A stretch of DNA of 64,000 nucleotides from the NCBI GenBank assembly GCA_030390025.1, contig CM059437.1:20336001-20400000 (forward strand), written 5' to 3'. A program made the position numbers and the translations under genes. Source of the stretch: Squalus acanthias (Eukaryota). The notes below the pieces were generated by a model. That model was given only the letters and a program-made list of their open reading frames with translations. It searched no databases and was not told the origin of the DNA. Below, piece after piece: positions 25,785 through 38,223 of the stretch. Position 1 is the first letter of the stretch. Each line of letters starts with the position of its first letter.

Positions 25785-26220
25785 TACAGAAACAGGCCAT
25801 TCGGCCCAACTGGTCTATGCCAGTGTTTATGCTCCACACGAGCCTCTGCCCACCCTAATTCATCTAACCCTATCAGCATATCCTTTTGCCCTCATGTACT
25901 TATCTAGTTTCCCCTTAAATGCATCTATGCTATTCATCTCAACCACTCCATGTGTTAGCAAGTTCCACATTCTAACCGCCCTCTGGGGAAAGAAGTTTCT
26001 CCTGAATTCCTTATTCGATTTATTAGAGACTACCTTATATTTGTAATCCCTAGTTTCAAATTCACCCACAAGTGGAAACATCTTCTCTACACCGACCCTA
26101 TCCAACCCTTTCATAATTTTAAAGATCTCTATTGGGATACCCCTCGGCCTTCACTTTTCTAGAGAAAAGAGCCCCAGCCTGTTCAATCTTTTCTGATCTT
26201 TATAACCTCTCAGTTCTGGT
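25785..26220 (-). mobile_element. CR1 3' fragment
   Basis: ORF 25860-26114 (RRNFFPQRAVRMWN...FKGKLD) and 3' hairpin. Confidence 0.85.
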
Positions 26221-26256
26221 TTAGTGTCACCTTTCAGTCAATTCTCTGGAAGACAA

Positions 26257-26690
26257 GGGCCTCAAAATTTGATTGTGCCCAAAAACGGGTGTTTGGGGTG
26301 TGTGGCGAGAATTGCACGTGCCTGTTCACGTGCTCCCAGTGAGCAGGTTAAATTGGTGCTGGGACCTCATTAAAATGATACAGGCGTGCAGTCAGTGCCA
26401 CTCGCGCTATTCATTGGCTGGGCGCCTGTTTTTTTGTGGGGAGGGGCTGTAAATTGGGTATCTCTGATGCCACTTAAAGGCAGCCAGCACCCCTTAAAGG
26501 GGAGTGGCACTCTGGCTGCAGACAACAGGGAAAGCTTCTGAAGCAAGAATTGGCTGGAAGAAGCACTGACAGGGTACCCAGATTATCTGATGCTGCTTTG
26601 GAGGCCCTGGTCCAGGCAGTGGACAGGAGAAGGAAGATACTGTTACCCCAGGGGGCAGAATGCCCTCCAGACAACACCTCTGCTACCAAT
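26257..26690 (+). mobile_element. Harbinger remnant with start of the Myb/SANT-like ORF
   Basis: GGGCCTCAAAATT end. 26571-26654 translates RVPRLSDAALEALVQAVDRRRKILLPQG, resembling the first helix of Harbinger Myb/SANT-like proteins. Confidence 0.65.
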
Positions 26691-27424
26691 GTACTGAAGA
26701 TGGAGGCTTCCTAGTAGTGGCTGAATGCTGCTGTGTATAATGTTTTAAACTTTTAAAAACGGTTTTCCCTTTGTATTCAATCATGGGTCACACAGAATCG
26801 TGAAACAAGTCCAAAATAAGAACATTACTAAGTACAGCTTTTATTTTTTGAGAGAGCCTATTAGAATTTGGAAACACCCACATGACAGCTCATTCTAACT
26901 TCCTGTCAACAGGAAATGCTTATTGCTGGATATGCAGACCTACAATTACATCATCATTATCTGAAGAAACCACCCTAGCTTTTTAATGGTTGCAGGACAG
27001 GGGAGGGGTGGGGCAATATGTGTGCATTGTAGTGTGGTAATAATTCTGTTAACTTTCCAGATTTTAGGAATGATTCCATTCTGTTGACTGCCATTATTGA
27101 GTGCTTAAGTCTATTTCAATGCTTTAATGGTTGCAAATAATTGTCTGTAATAATAACTTGAATATTTAAATCAGCATAAATTTAAGAGATTACATCTAAA
27201 TGACAAGGCCATATGTTATTGTTATAAAAGGCAAAATAATGAGGCTGTCACAATTAGGACTTTCTCTTAACACTCTTTATTCATATTCACCATTAAAAGC
27301 AGCTTCAATAGACAGACTTGTGTTTGCCATGAACTGAAATTTAATCTCATCAGTGAAGTGATTGGTATAATGTGCCTCAGGATTAACTAATTGACTTTGC
27401 AATTGCTGGGGTATATATTTAAAG

Positions 27425-27630
27425 TCAGAGAGTGGTGACCCTGTGGAATTCTCTACCACAGAAGGCAGTTGAGGCCAATTCATTAAATATATTCAAGAAG
27501 GAGTTAGATATATTTCTTAAGGCTAAAGGGATCAAGGGATATGGGGAGAAAGCAGGGACAGGGTACTGAATTTGAATGATCAGCTCGAGGGGCTGAATGG
27601 CCTACTCCTGCTCCTATCTTCTATGTTTCT
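27425..27630 (+). mobile_element. CR1 3' end fragment
   Basis: RVVTLWNSLPQKAVEA...KGIKGYGE and GGCCTACTCCTGCTCCTAT tail. Confidence 0.85.
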
Positions 27631-28902
27631 CTGTTTACTCTCCTGACTTCTCCAATAGATGAAGAAACACTGTACTGATGTACTATATCATTTGGGCTAA
27701 ACTACAAAAATGGTTTATTGTAAGATGTGAATTTATACCAAAGTAAGATACGTGGGCAGATAAACAGTAACCTCAGATATAACTTGTGCACACATTGTGA
27801 ACCACTTTATGAAGCCAAAGTAATCAATTATTTCAAAATTCTTGGTGTCCTTTTTCAGAGTCCTTGAACTGTGTCTTGGTCTACATAATATCAGCCTTCC
27901 AGCTCCATGGCGTTCTATTTCACTAGTATAACATGAGTTAAACAGTGAAGACCATTGAACTGAAGGCAGCACTAAATTCATTTGGTCCAGTTAGTTACTG
28001 ATACTTCTGATCAAAAGCAAACCTTTCACAATAGGCAAATGTCTTGGAGGAAATGCTTAATCCTTTCTCAACAGCACAGTAATAGGAACATAGGAACAGC
28101 AGTAGGCCATTTAGCCCCTCAAACCTGTTCCGCCATTCAGTGAGATCATGGCGGATCTGTGACCTAACTCCATATACCCGCCTTTGCCCCATGACCCTTC
28201 ATACCTTTAGTTAACAAAAATCTATCATTCACAGATTTAAAATTAACAATTGACCCAGCATCAACTGCTGTTTGAGGAAGACCTTCCCTGCTTCTAGCTT
28301 TTCACCATTTAGAAAGTACTCCGATCTATCCTTTTTAGGTCCAAAGTGGATGACCTCACACTTGCCTATATTGAAATCCATTTGCCACAGTTTTGACCTT
28401 TCACTATATTAATATCTCTGTAATTTTATGCTTCCATCTGCACTGCTTAGAATGCTGCCTGTTTTTGTGTCATCGGTAAACTTGGATATGTGGCTCTCTA
28501 TCCCGACATCTAAGTCGTTAATAAATACAGTGAAGAGTTGAGGCCCCAATGCAGACCCCTGCGGGACACCACTAGTCACATCCTGCCAATTAGAGTACCT
28601 GCCCATTATCCCTACTCTCTGTCTCCTGCCGCACAGCCAATCTCCTAACCAGGTCAATAATTTGCCCTCAATTCCATGAGTTTCAACTTTAGCTTAATCT
28701 CTTATGAGAGACTTTATCAAATGCCTTCTGGAAGACCATATAAATAACATCCATAGACATTCCCCTGTCCACTACTTTAGTCACCTCTTCAAAAAATTCA
28801 ATCAGTTTCGTCAGGCATGACCTACCTTTCACAAATCCATGCTGGCTCTGTCTGATCAGCTGAAAATTTTCAAGGTGTTCAGTCACTGCATCCTTAATTA
28901 TA

Positions 28903-30338
28903 GGCCAGAATTTTGCCGGCGCTCAGGGGGTGGGTTTGGAGGCGGGACATCTGGCAAAATCGCAAAGATTGACCGGGTCGGAAACCTGCTGTCAACCCGC
29001 CTCGAATCAATCTTCCCAAGTGTCGGGTCCCTGATTTGCGCATGGACCCGACACCTAGCGGTGGGAAGAGGATTATAGCTACTTAACTGGTTGTTAACAG
29101 GCAGTTAACAAGGCTCTTTCCAATGTTGACACTTCTACTGTGGGCTTCCCGACATTCAGACACCACGCCAGGTAAGTGTGGCGTGTTGTGAGTCTGCTGT
29201 AATGTTTAAGCATTGATGACAGCTGCAGTAGTGGTGTGAAGGATCCAATGGTGCACTGGTGAGTTTCAGAGGGAAGAAAATGTTGGGAAATTCATTTTTA
29301 ATGCATTTAGACTTTTATGTAGGTAACAAGTTTTGATTTGTATGTATAGTCCCACCTCATTGGGTAGATTGGGACTCTACTCATTGGAGTTCAGAAGAAT
29401 GAGAGGCGATCTTATTGAAACATATAAGATTGTGAAGGGGTTGGATCGGGTGGATGCGGGGAGGATGTTCCCGATGACGGGTGAGACGAGAACTAGGGGA
29501 CATAGTCTTAGAATAAGGGGCTGCTCTTTCAAAACTGAGATGAGGAGGAACTACTTCACTCAGAGGGTGGTAGGTCCATGGAATATGCTGCCACAAAAAG
29601 CTGTAGAAGCTACAACATTAATTAAATTTAAAACAGAAATAGACAGTTTCCTAGAAGTAAAGGGCATTAAGGGTTACGGGGAGCGGGCAGGAATTTGGAC
29701 ATGAGTCTAGGTTCGGATCGGTCATGGCCCTGTGGGTAGTGGAGCGGGCCCAGGGACTGTGTAGCCTGATTCTGCTCCTATTTCGTGTGTGCAATTCTGT
29801 TAGATGCAGGAGATGGTTCTGTGATAGATAGTAGATTGGCGGTTAGGATCAGATCAGCCATGATCTTATTGAATGGCGGAGCAGGCTCGAGGGGCCGATT
29901 GGCCTACTCCTGCTCCTATTTCTTATGTTCTTATGTTCTTATGTTCACCAGTGACAGATTGCTTCTGTAACCTCACCTGCAGCTGCCATCTGTTCTAGCC
30001 TAAGGAGGGAGTCACTGGTAAGCCTGGGTGCAAGAGTTCACCTTTGTACAGTGATTGTCAGTGTTTGCAGCACCTCAATGCTGTCAAACACTGAGAAATC
30101 AGCTGTCAAAAAAAAATGTGTGTGGCCCCTTTTAAGAAAACCGGCAGATGTCGCATCATTCAATGACGTCATCTGACACCGGCTTCCTCCTAATTGGCCG
30201 GCAAGCCTGCAGGGCAGGCTTAACAAGGCCAATTGACGCAAAATCACGTCCGTGGGCCAGATGTCGTTGCGGACAGGACTGAAACCCGGAAGCCACCTGA
30301 CCCGCTCCCAAGCCGCATCAATCGATAAAATCGCGGCC
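28903..30338. mobile_element. Harbinger-like MITE containing a CR1 insertion
   Basis: Ends GGCCAGAATTTT / AAAATCGCGGCC; flanks ATA/ATG; homologous to 17549-18414. Confidence 0.8.
29364..29944 (+). mobile_element. CR1 3' fragment with duplicated 3'UTR
   Basis: LGLYSLEFRRMRGDLIETYKI...KGIKGYGE; (CTTATGTT)x3 tail; absent from the sister MITE at 17549. Confidence 0.9.
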
Positions 30339-32608
30339 ATGGACTCTAGTAATTTACCGTCAACAGAAGTTAGGCTAACCGGTCTATAATACCCTGGTTT
30401 CCCTCGCTTACCTTTCTTAAATAGCAGATGACGTGCAATTTTCCAATCTAAAGGAATGGTTCCTGAATCGAGAGAACTTTGGAAGATCAGTGTTTGGGCA
30501 TCTGCAATGTTCTCATCTACTTCCTTTAAAACCCTGGATGAAAACCATCTGGTCCTGGGGATTTGTCACTCTTTAGTGCCATTATTTTCTTCATTACTGT
30601 TATTTTGCTTGCATTAATTTTGGTGAGTCCCCATCCCTGATTCAATACTAGTTTCCTTGGCATGTCGGGGATGCCATCCTCTTCCTCTACTGTAAATACT
30701 GACGCAAAGTAATTATTTAACATGTCCGTCATTTCCTTATTTTCAATTATAATATCACTATTGTCAGTTTTTATGGGGCCTACATTGCTCTTAGCCACCC
30801 TCTTTTTCCTAACATCATTGTAAAAGTGTTTTGTGTTGATTTTGATATCCTTGCAAGTTTCTTTTCATACTCCCTTTTTGTAGCTCTTACTATCTGTTTT
30901 GTCGCCCTTTGTTGTTCTTTGTATCTCTCCCATTCGCTAGGATCTGTGCTATTTTTTTGCATTCTAGTATGCTTTTTCTTTTAATTTATGTTGTCTCATA
31001 CCTCTTTAGTCGTCCATGACTGTTTTTTGTGGCAAGTAAAGCTCTTTGCTCTGGGGTATAAACTGGTTCTGTGTCATGTTAAATTCTTTTTTGAACACCT
31101 ACCACTTCTGTCATTTTACCCAATAACAGATTTGCCCAGTTTACTGTGTCTGATCCTGTTGAAGTTGGCCTTACCTAAATCTATATTAATTATTTCTGAT
31201 TGGAAGCTGTCTTAACCAATTCGGACCTGAAACTAAGCCGATATTGGAATTTTATTTCTGGCATGCAACTGGCTTTTGTGAAGGACTATGGGACTGATAA
31301 TGAAGTCCCCACACAGCAGATATTCGGACACTCCATGCGCCGGCAGAGGAATGAGTTGATCTCGCTTCATAAAACTTAGGTCAACTCATTATTCTAATTT
31401 GGCGCACTCCATTGATAGCGCATGATGTGCGCAAAGCGTCAGTGGGGAGGGAGCAGAACTTAAGGCGCCAACAGCTAATCCAGGAATACTGGCTGCCTGT
31501 TGAGTGCTGGCATGATTTCCTAGTTGAGGGGGTGGCGGGGGGGGAAGACAGGGCATGGGACTAATTGGGATATCTCTTTCAATGTTTATTTCAAATACTT
31601 TATGTGTGGCTGTGAGTCTCCCTGGTTTAATTTTTTTTTTTACAGGGTCTGATGAGCCCTTGCACATGGTTTGTGGCCAGGCTCCAAACATGCTTCATGT
31701 TGGCTGGCTGCACTGGGGCATGGTAAACCGCCCTGGAGATGTTTCAAGCCTCTGCAACCAGTCATAGGGGTGCAAGTGCTACCCATTGCATTATCAGCTT
31801 GTATGTGTCAGCAAGCGATCGCATAGCGCCAAATGACACACAGCCCAGGGGAGAATTTCTGTACCATTAACATGTAATGCATCCAGACAGAATTGTATGT
31901 TCACTTAACCTACAGCTCTCAAAACAAAGGAAATCTTATCAGAAATAGCAGTGCTGACTTCCATTCTGAATAACCAGATCCCCATGCCTAGTTAAAATTT
32001 AGATTTAAAACAACCTTTAAAATATAAATAATTAATATGACGCAGGATGAAGCCCACATGCATTGTAGTTGCATCAGGAAGAAATGCCATTAATTAATAT
32101 GGCTAACAAATTGTGTCACACTACTAACACTGTATGATTGAGTTTGTAGTAAAGGATAATTGCTTTAGTGGCATAGTATGATGGACTGGTTGATACAGTT
32201 AGATAAGAATACTTTCCTTTTGCTTCTGGGACTGCAGAACAAACAGATAGGGTAAAAACATGAGCACTGGCTCTGGCACTGCCATTAACAAAATATCTTG
32301 CAGGAAGCGTACACATTTTTGAGAGTGTGGGTGGTAAGAAAACCATGAAAGAATGCTTCTGCCCACACAATTATTTAAAAAATCAGAACTATTTTTGGTG
32401 CACATTTTATTGAGCTATATACTGCATGTAGCCATCATTGTCCTTGAGAGTCTTTTAAATTGGTCAAGAAATGTGAAGACATCCAGTAATGGACAGGTTG
32501 TCTTCCTGTGTTGTAATGGGATAGTTCAACTTGAAAGGATCATGAGCAGAGATTTCCAATATTAATGATTCTGTCTGTGAAAATTTGTAAAACATTATTA
32601 AAAATTAG

Positions 32609-33070
32609 GTGTCAGCCTTGGCTCAGTTGGGAGCACACTCAGCTCTGAGTCAGAAGGTCGTGGGTTCAAGTCTCACTCCAGAGACTTGAGCACAAAAATC
32701 GAGGCCGACACTTCAGTACAGTACTGAGAAAGCGCTGCACTGTTGGAGGTGCCGTCTTTCATATGAGGCGTTAAACCGGGGCCCCGTCTACCCTCTCAAG
32801 TGGATGTAAAAGATCCCATGACACTATATTGGAGATGAGCGGGGAGTTCTCCTCAGTGTCCTGGCCAATATTTATCTCTCAACCAGCATCACTAAAACAG
32901 ATGGTCTGGTCATTATCTCATTGCTGTTTGTGGAACCTTGCTGTGTGCAAATTGGCTGCTGCATTTCATACATTACAACAGTGACTGCACTTCAAAAGTA
33001 CTTAATTTGCTGTAAAGCTGTTTGGGACTCCCTGAGGCCATGAAAGGTGTTATATAAATGGAAGACCTAT
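32609..33070 (+). mobile_element. Full-length tRNA-derived Deu-domain SINE (SacSINE1-like)
   Basis: A box TGGCTCAGTTGG at 32619-32630, B box GGTTCAAGTCT at 32663-32673, Deu core and L2-like 3' tail. Confidence 0.88.
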
Positions 33071-34566
33071 GTTTTCCTTTCTTAAGTTTTATTTTTAACT
33101 CTCTGAATTTTAATATAAAGATGACCAAATCTTCAGATCCATGTCATGGACTGTGTGCAGGGTTGTCAGGGTAGGTTTTAAACTGAGGTAAGCTATTTTG
33201 GGTTTAAGCGCAACTATCTGAACGTTGTCTGTACCACATCCTGTTGGGTTTTGTTGTTCCCTGTGTGGTACCCACACTCAGCGGGACTAGTGTTTCAATG
33301 TCTTTCCATTGGTTTTTGACATTGAGGTAGAACTGGTTTCTGTGCTGAAGTTGTCACATCAATAGTAGATTTTCTTTTAAATTGCATTGTTAAATCAGTT
33401 AAAGTCTTATTCCTGGTTGCCTAAAAGAAAAAGGTTGACCCAAATCAGTCAACGTCCAAAAGAAATCACAGCTCACATAATTCAAGCAATTGGTCTGATT
33501 AGTCGCCTAAGCAAAATAATGATATTTTGAGGAATAACAATGATAGCATTCAGAGATATGAGCAAGATTACTACAAGGCAAATTGAGACAAAAGATGCGA
33601 TTGTGTGCCTGTAGCTACTGATTGAGAAGACAATAGCACTTGATGGGAAAATCTTTACTGCGTTCATCAATTACTCTGAACCGTTTAAATCTATTTATAA
33701 TTTTTTAAAGTGCTGGTTCAGGTGGACTTCGCAACACATGGTAGCTCTATAGCAGACACTTAATATTCACCAGGAATTTGAGTTAGTCTGGGGATGTGTC
33801 AGAGTGGTTGAGGATTTTCTAAAAGAGTTTGATAAGCTTGTAAGCTCTTCAGTTACATAGCAAAGCTGAGATGAGAGGACTCGCTAGTGTTGGAGTAGTA
33901 GTGGGAGGAATACAAATTAACAGCTGTCAGTGGATAGATAATTGTCTGCTACACAGGAATGTAGAAAGTATGTACAGAGGCTTCAGGCATAAGTTAATGA
34001 GTGAAAAAAATTGTTGTCAATGGACTTGGTGTTTGAAGTGTGGACTTGTAGATATCTATTAAGAGTGTTAAAGACTGAGTTTAAAAACAAATGTCTAGAA
34101 GAACTAGCTGTAGAAAGGGGATTGATGAAGAGTGGTAATGGCCAAGTAAGGATATTTTGCTCGTGTAAAAACAATGTACTGATGAATTTCCAAATATGTT
34201 GCTAGAATAATTCAGTGTAAAAGAGGTCTCCATGGAATGGTATCAACAATTAGGCAGGTGTATGCTAGAGACTGCAAATGAGCTCAACTGACTTTTGGTG
34301 GAGGAAGATATGAGACATGATGTAGACTTCAATCTTATCGGGAGGGAAGAACGTTGATGATAACCTGTCTGTATGCTAATTCCCATATACACAGCTCTGG
34401 GAAATGATAGAATTTTTATTGTTGTGTACAAGATAAGACCGCTCCTCTCGCTTTTCTTCTCATTTATTCAACAACAACCAGCAGAGATCTCTACAATGTG
34501 CAAATCACCCTGAAAATGGGCTTCTCTTTAGAGCCTAGATATAACTGTTGCAGGAACACTTAGTAT

Positions 34567-35078
34567 TGTTGTGAGATTTCTCTCTGCCCCAAACCAGACG
34601 GAGACGAGCGTGTACTGGTTCCAAGCGATCTTTATTCAAGCACGTGCAGGGAGAGGCCCTCTCAGTCTGAGCTGAGACGGGAGTCTAATTTTTACATTCG
34701 AGCAGTTGGCTTATATACAATCTTACATCTTGTTTCCTTCACATCTTCGGGACTTGGCCAATTAATTGTCCAAGTCACGTACACTTAATCACATCTCCAC
34801 AAAACACATCTTGTTTATCTCATTTGCCCTGTTTCCACATCTGCCATTGTTCTACTCTTTAGCTCTTATCCAATTTCGTACACTTAACCACATCTTCGCA
34901 AATCACATTGGCGGCCCATTGTTCAATGAATGGCCTCTTCACCTTCTTTCGCTCTGCCAATCATCATGTAATATGCTTTTTCCAACAGTCAGCAACTGTC
35001 TTTGTTCTGCCAGACTTATCCTTTATTACATCAGCCAGGTAGTCAGTTAAGCTGCTAATCTAACTTTTAACCCCTTCA
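34567..35078 (-). repeat. 3' LTR
   Basis: Direct repeat of 39324-39835 with ~22 substitutions and no indels seen. Minus-strand TATA near 34711-34717 and AATAAA at 34631-34636. Confidence 0.97.
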
Positions 35079-36882
35079 GTTCCCCCTTTTGGTCCTTGGT
35101 GATAGCCAAGATGGCCAACTAACTTCACCTGCCCGTGCTCCTCGCCCCATCACTGCTGGCCAGGCAGGTGGTTGGATTTGCATGGGTGTGGCTACTGAAA
35201 CTACCTCTAACATTCCCTGCTTCTCTCCCAATCTATATTGTGTTTTAACAACTGTTTTAGCAATGGTTCGGTTACGGCGTCGTTTACATTGAGTACAATA
35301 CTCAAACATAAGGATGATGACAATTAGCAACTGCACCACCACCAATACATCAGATGCAATTCTGATCCAGGGGTGTATGTTCACCCTAATACCCCAGTAC
35401 CAAAGTGTCTGCCACCATGAGGCATCTTCCAGCTTGGCCTCCACATCCTTCCCCAGTTGTTTGACCTCTTGCTCAATTCGGTGATACTGCTTAATTATCG
35501 CCCCGGCCTCTTTCCTCAGTTCCAGTAGGTGTTCTGGTAGTTTCGGGATGCCCTTCCCCTCAGGGAGCACATATTCGAGCATGCTGTCCTTTATGTCCTC
35601 AGTTGGACTCACCCGTTCCTCGCGGGGCGACCGTAGGTAGGTTATGGTTGCATGTCCGATCGTTGTTGGGGCCCGGGGGCGGAAGCAGAAACTTGAGCTG
35701 GACAGTGGGCACTGGATGTTACCATACTGGTATTGAGATTCACTGGTGGTCACACAGTATTCTCCTTTTCCCCGGTGTGCTGCTCGCGTTGGCTCATGGC
35801 GGGTGCTGAAAATTCCAAGGGTACAGTTTAGGGTGGTGTTGAAGCCGCACATGGCTCCTGGCCCCGTCCCCACGGGATGTGGGCAGACTACGTTACTCCC
35901 CCTTTCTCTGCATCCCTCTAGCGAGATCCCTGTCAAGAAGGAACCTTTCTGGGTTGCATAACTGGGTGTGTGGTGGTACCTGAGCCAATTGCCATCTCTC
36001 ATGATCCCGACATTCTCTACCTCGTAGAGGGGCTTGGATTCCCATTCCTGCAGACTGGGTACATCTAATATCATTCCTATCAGCCTGAGGTGAGTGGTAA
36101 CACAATGTTTAGTTGTCGGGTAGACCCTTATAAGTCCTCGTACGGTGCAAGAAGAGCAATTGCCGCTCTCTGGCGCCCAGTCTTGAAGTGCACTATCCGT
36201 AAACCAATCCGGCACATCTCCATTGTGGAGCTGTGCTAGATTATGTCGCACCTCCCCCACTAGCATGCACCGTAGACCACACACATTCGTTCCCTAAAGG
36301 CCTGATTGGTTACGTTATGCAGGGTGGCGATGATGCGGTTAACTGTATGGGCATGGTTTTCCAAAACTTGCACGGACTCTAATAGGGTTTTGGCCAAATC
36401 TTCTCCGGTCTGTCCCTGTTGTCCCTCCAACTTATTTGCCTTTAACATGAGGTCCCTTAGTTTGGATGTTAGATGATTCACCTTGCTATCAATTTCCACT
36501 ATATCCAGGGAATTAACTGTGGATGTCCCTGCACTGTAAGCAGTGGCTATGTCATCTACCAGGTTCCTCCCTGTACGCATGTCAATGTATCATCACTCTG
36601 CTTCCCGAAGCATACCGTGCTCATGTTTGTCCATTTAACAACCATCCCCATGTTACCCCTATCCCCTGTAACACCTGGCTTGTTGTCAGATATGCTTACG
36701 CCCGTTAACCCGGAGCTACAATTTAAATACACTGTTTTATCAACCATGACAGTTAACGCCCCACGTTTGTGATCGCATCTGACGTCGCTCGAGTTCTTGT
36801 AATACAGGCCTCATTACTCCCTTCGGTCAACTGATGTGGTTCATTCTGTGGTCGCCGTGGCCAGGCATATCAGTAAGGTCAT
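35076..36882 (-). pseudogene. env: env-like class I fusion glycoprotein (~600 aa reconstructed), disrupted
   Basis: Signal-peptide-like MTLLICLATATT at 36882; RTGR/NLVDDIATAYSAG putative cleavage site; heptad region; Cys-rich domain; second heptad; Trp-rich segment; TM VLVVVQLLIVIILMF; basic tail. Split over ORFs 36556-36747, 36260-36580 and 35076-36284. Confidence 0.85.
35079..35090 (-). promoter_or_regulatory. Polypurine tract
   Basis: AAAAGGGGGAAC immediately before the TG of the 3' LTR. Confidence 0.9.
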
Positions 36883-36895
36883 CCATATCTGAGTC

Positions 36896-36915
36896 CTGTA
36901 GAGGGAGATAAACAG
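36896..36915 (-). promoter_or_regulatory. env splice acceptor
   Basis: Minus strand CTGTTTATCTCCCTCTACAG|G between the integrase stop (36937) and the env ATG (36882). Confidence 0.75.
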
Positions 36916-36936
36916 TGGACGCCGGTCGTCACCGGT

Positions 36937-38223
36937 TTAGTCCCAATTATTTACTGTGCTTTCGGATTTCTTAAGTTGCGTCCAGTGTTTCCACCGACCT
37001 TTTCCTTTCATATTTACGCATACGCAAGTGTCGCTGGTCATTAGGACCTCATAGGGTCCCTGCCAGTGAGGTGCCCATCCTGGTCTGGTGGGTAAGACTC
37101 TTACCATCACCCTGTCCCCTACTACTGGTAAATTTTGTTTTTCCTCCAATTCCATATCCCTGACTATTTGTTGGTCCCTGACTTCCTGTCTCAGATCATG
37201 CAGTTGTTTGCATAGTTCCTTAATAAACCATCTAATCCTGTCCTGAGCTGGTCCCACGTCTTCACTACCCGTGATCGTGCCCTCGGGCAGTCTCATGGCC
37301 TGCACAGTCATTAGTTCAAACGGGGTTAGTCCGGTGTGCGAGTGGGTGTAGCCCTCAACCTCATTAGGATGCTAGGTAGTAGGTCCGCCCATCCCCTGCT
37401 GGTCTTGGCAATGGCCTTTGCGAGTGACGCCTTTAAGGTTCTATTCATTATCTCTACCATTCCCGAGCTCTGTGGGTGGTATGGTATGTGAAGCCTCTGT
37501 TTTACTCCTAATAGGGCGCATGTCTGCTTGATAACTTTGCCAGTGAAGTGTGTTCCCTGATCTGAGTCTATTTGCAATGGCACCCCCCATCGGGGTAATA
37601 TTTCCTCGGCGAGAAGCTTTGCGACGGTGGTAGCAGCGCAATCCCTTGTGGCGACTGCTTCTACCCATCGTGTGAATTGGTCTATCACCACAAGGCAATA
37701 CGTTTTACCTCAGCTAGGGGGCAGAGGTCCGGTGAAGTCTATCTGGACCTGCTCCCAAGGCCCCTTAGGCCGAGGCTGGTGGGACAATCTGATCTTTATG
37801 GCCTTGCCGGTATTGTACTGGGCACAGGTAATACATCTGTGGTAATATTTTGCTACGTCCCGGCCCATCCCGGCCACCACCAGCACCATTCTATACTCCA
37901 GTGCATAGTATTTCTTCCAGAGTGTTGATTCCCATGATAGATTTTGAGCAGGTTTTGCCGTATGCATTCAGGGGCTACTACTCGTCCCTCCTTTTTCCAA
38001 ATCCCATGCTCATCCTTGTCTGCCCCTTTCCTTTTCCACCCTTCCTTCTCTGTTTCAGTTGTTTCCTCATGTAATTTTTGCACATTTACTTCATCTGGAC
38101 CGATGGCACAAGCTGCCACCGGCTCCAGGGTCTCCATCTCCACAGCCCCCTTTGCTGCCTCGTCTGCCCACTGATTTCCCCTTCGGATATCATCCTGGAC
38201 TTCTGGTGTGCCTTGACCTTTAT
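36937..38223 (-). pseudogene. pol: pol remnant: RNase H C-terminus + integrase
   Basis: IKVKAH and GNQWADEAAK (RNase H); HGNQH...CITC zinc finger; QIDFTGPLP, IDSDQGTHF and PQSSGMVE (DDE core); WQGPYEV. Several frameshifts. Confidence 0.92.

Larger units (their letters stand above)
28083..31200 (-). mobile_element. CR1 LINE with internal deletions, interrupted at 28903-30338
   Basis: RT fragments 28409-28657, 28689-28886 and 30526-30962; sequence is continuous across the insertion. Confidence 0.88.

Noticed and set aside
32611-32685. tRNA-like sequence with A and B boxes
   Set aside because: It is the SINE head, continuous with the Deu domain and repeated at other SINE copies.
35076-36284. 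402-aa env ORF as a domesticated syncytin-like gene
   Set aside because: Signal peptide, cleavage site and fusion peptide are cut off by frameshifts and a stop, and the ORF starts on GTG.
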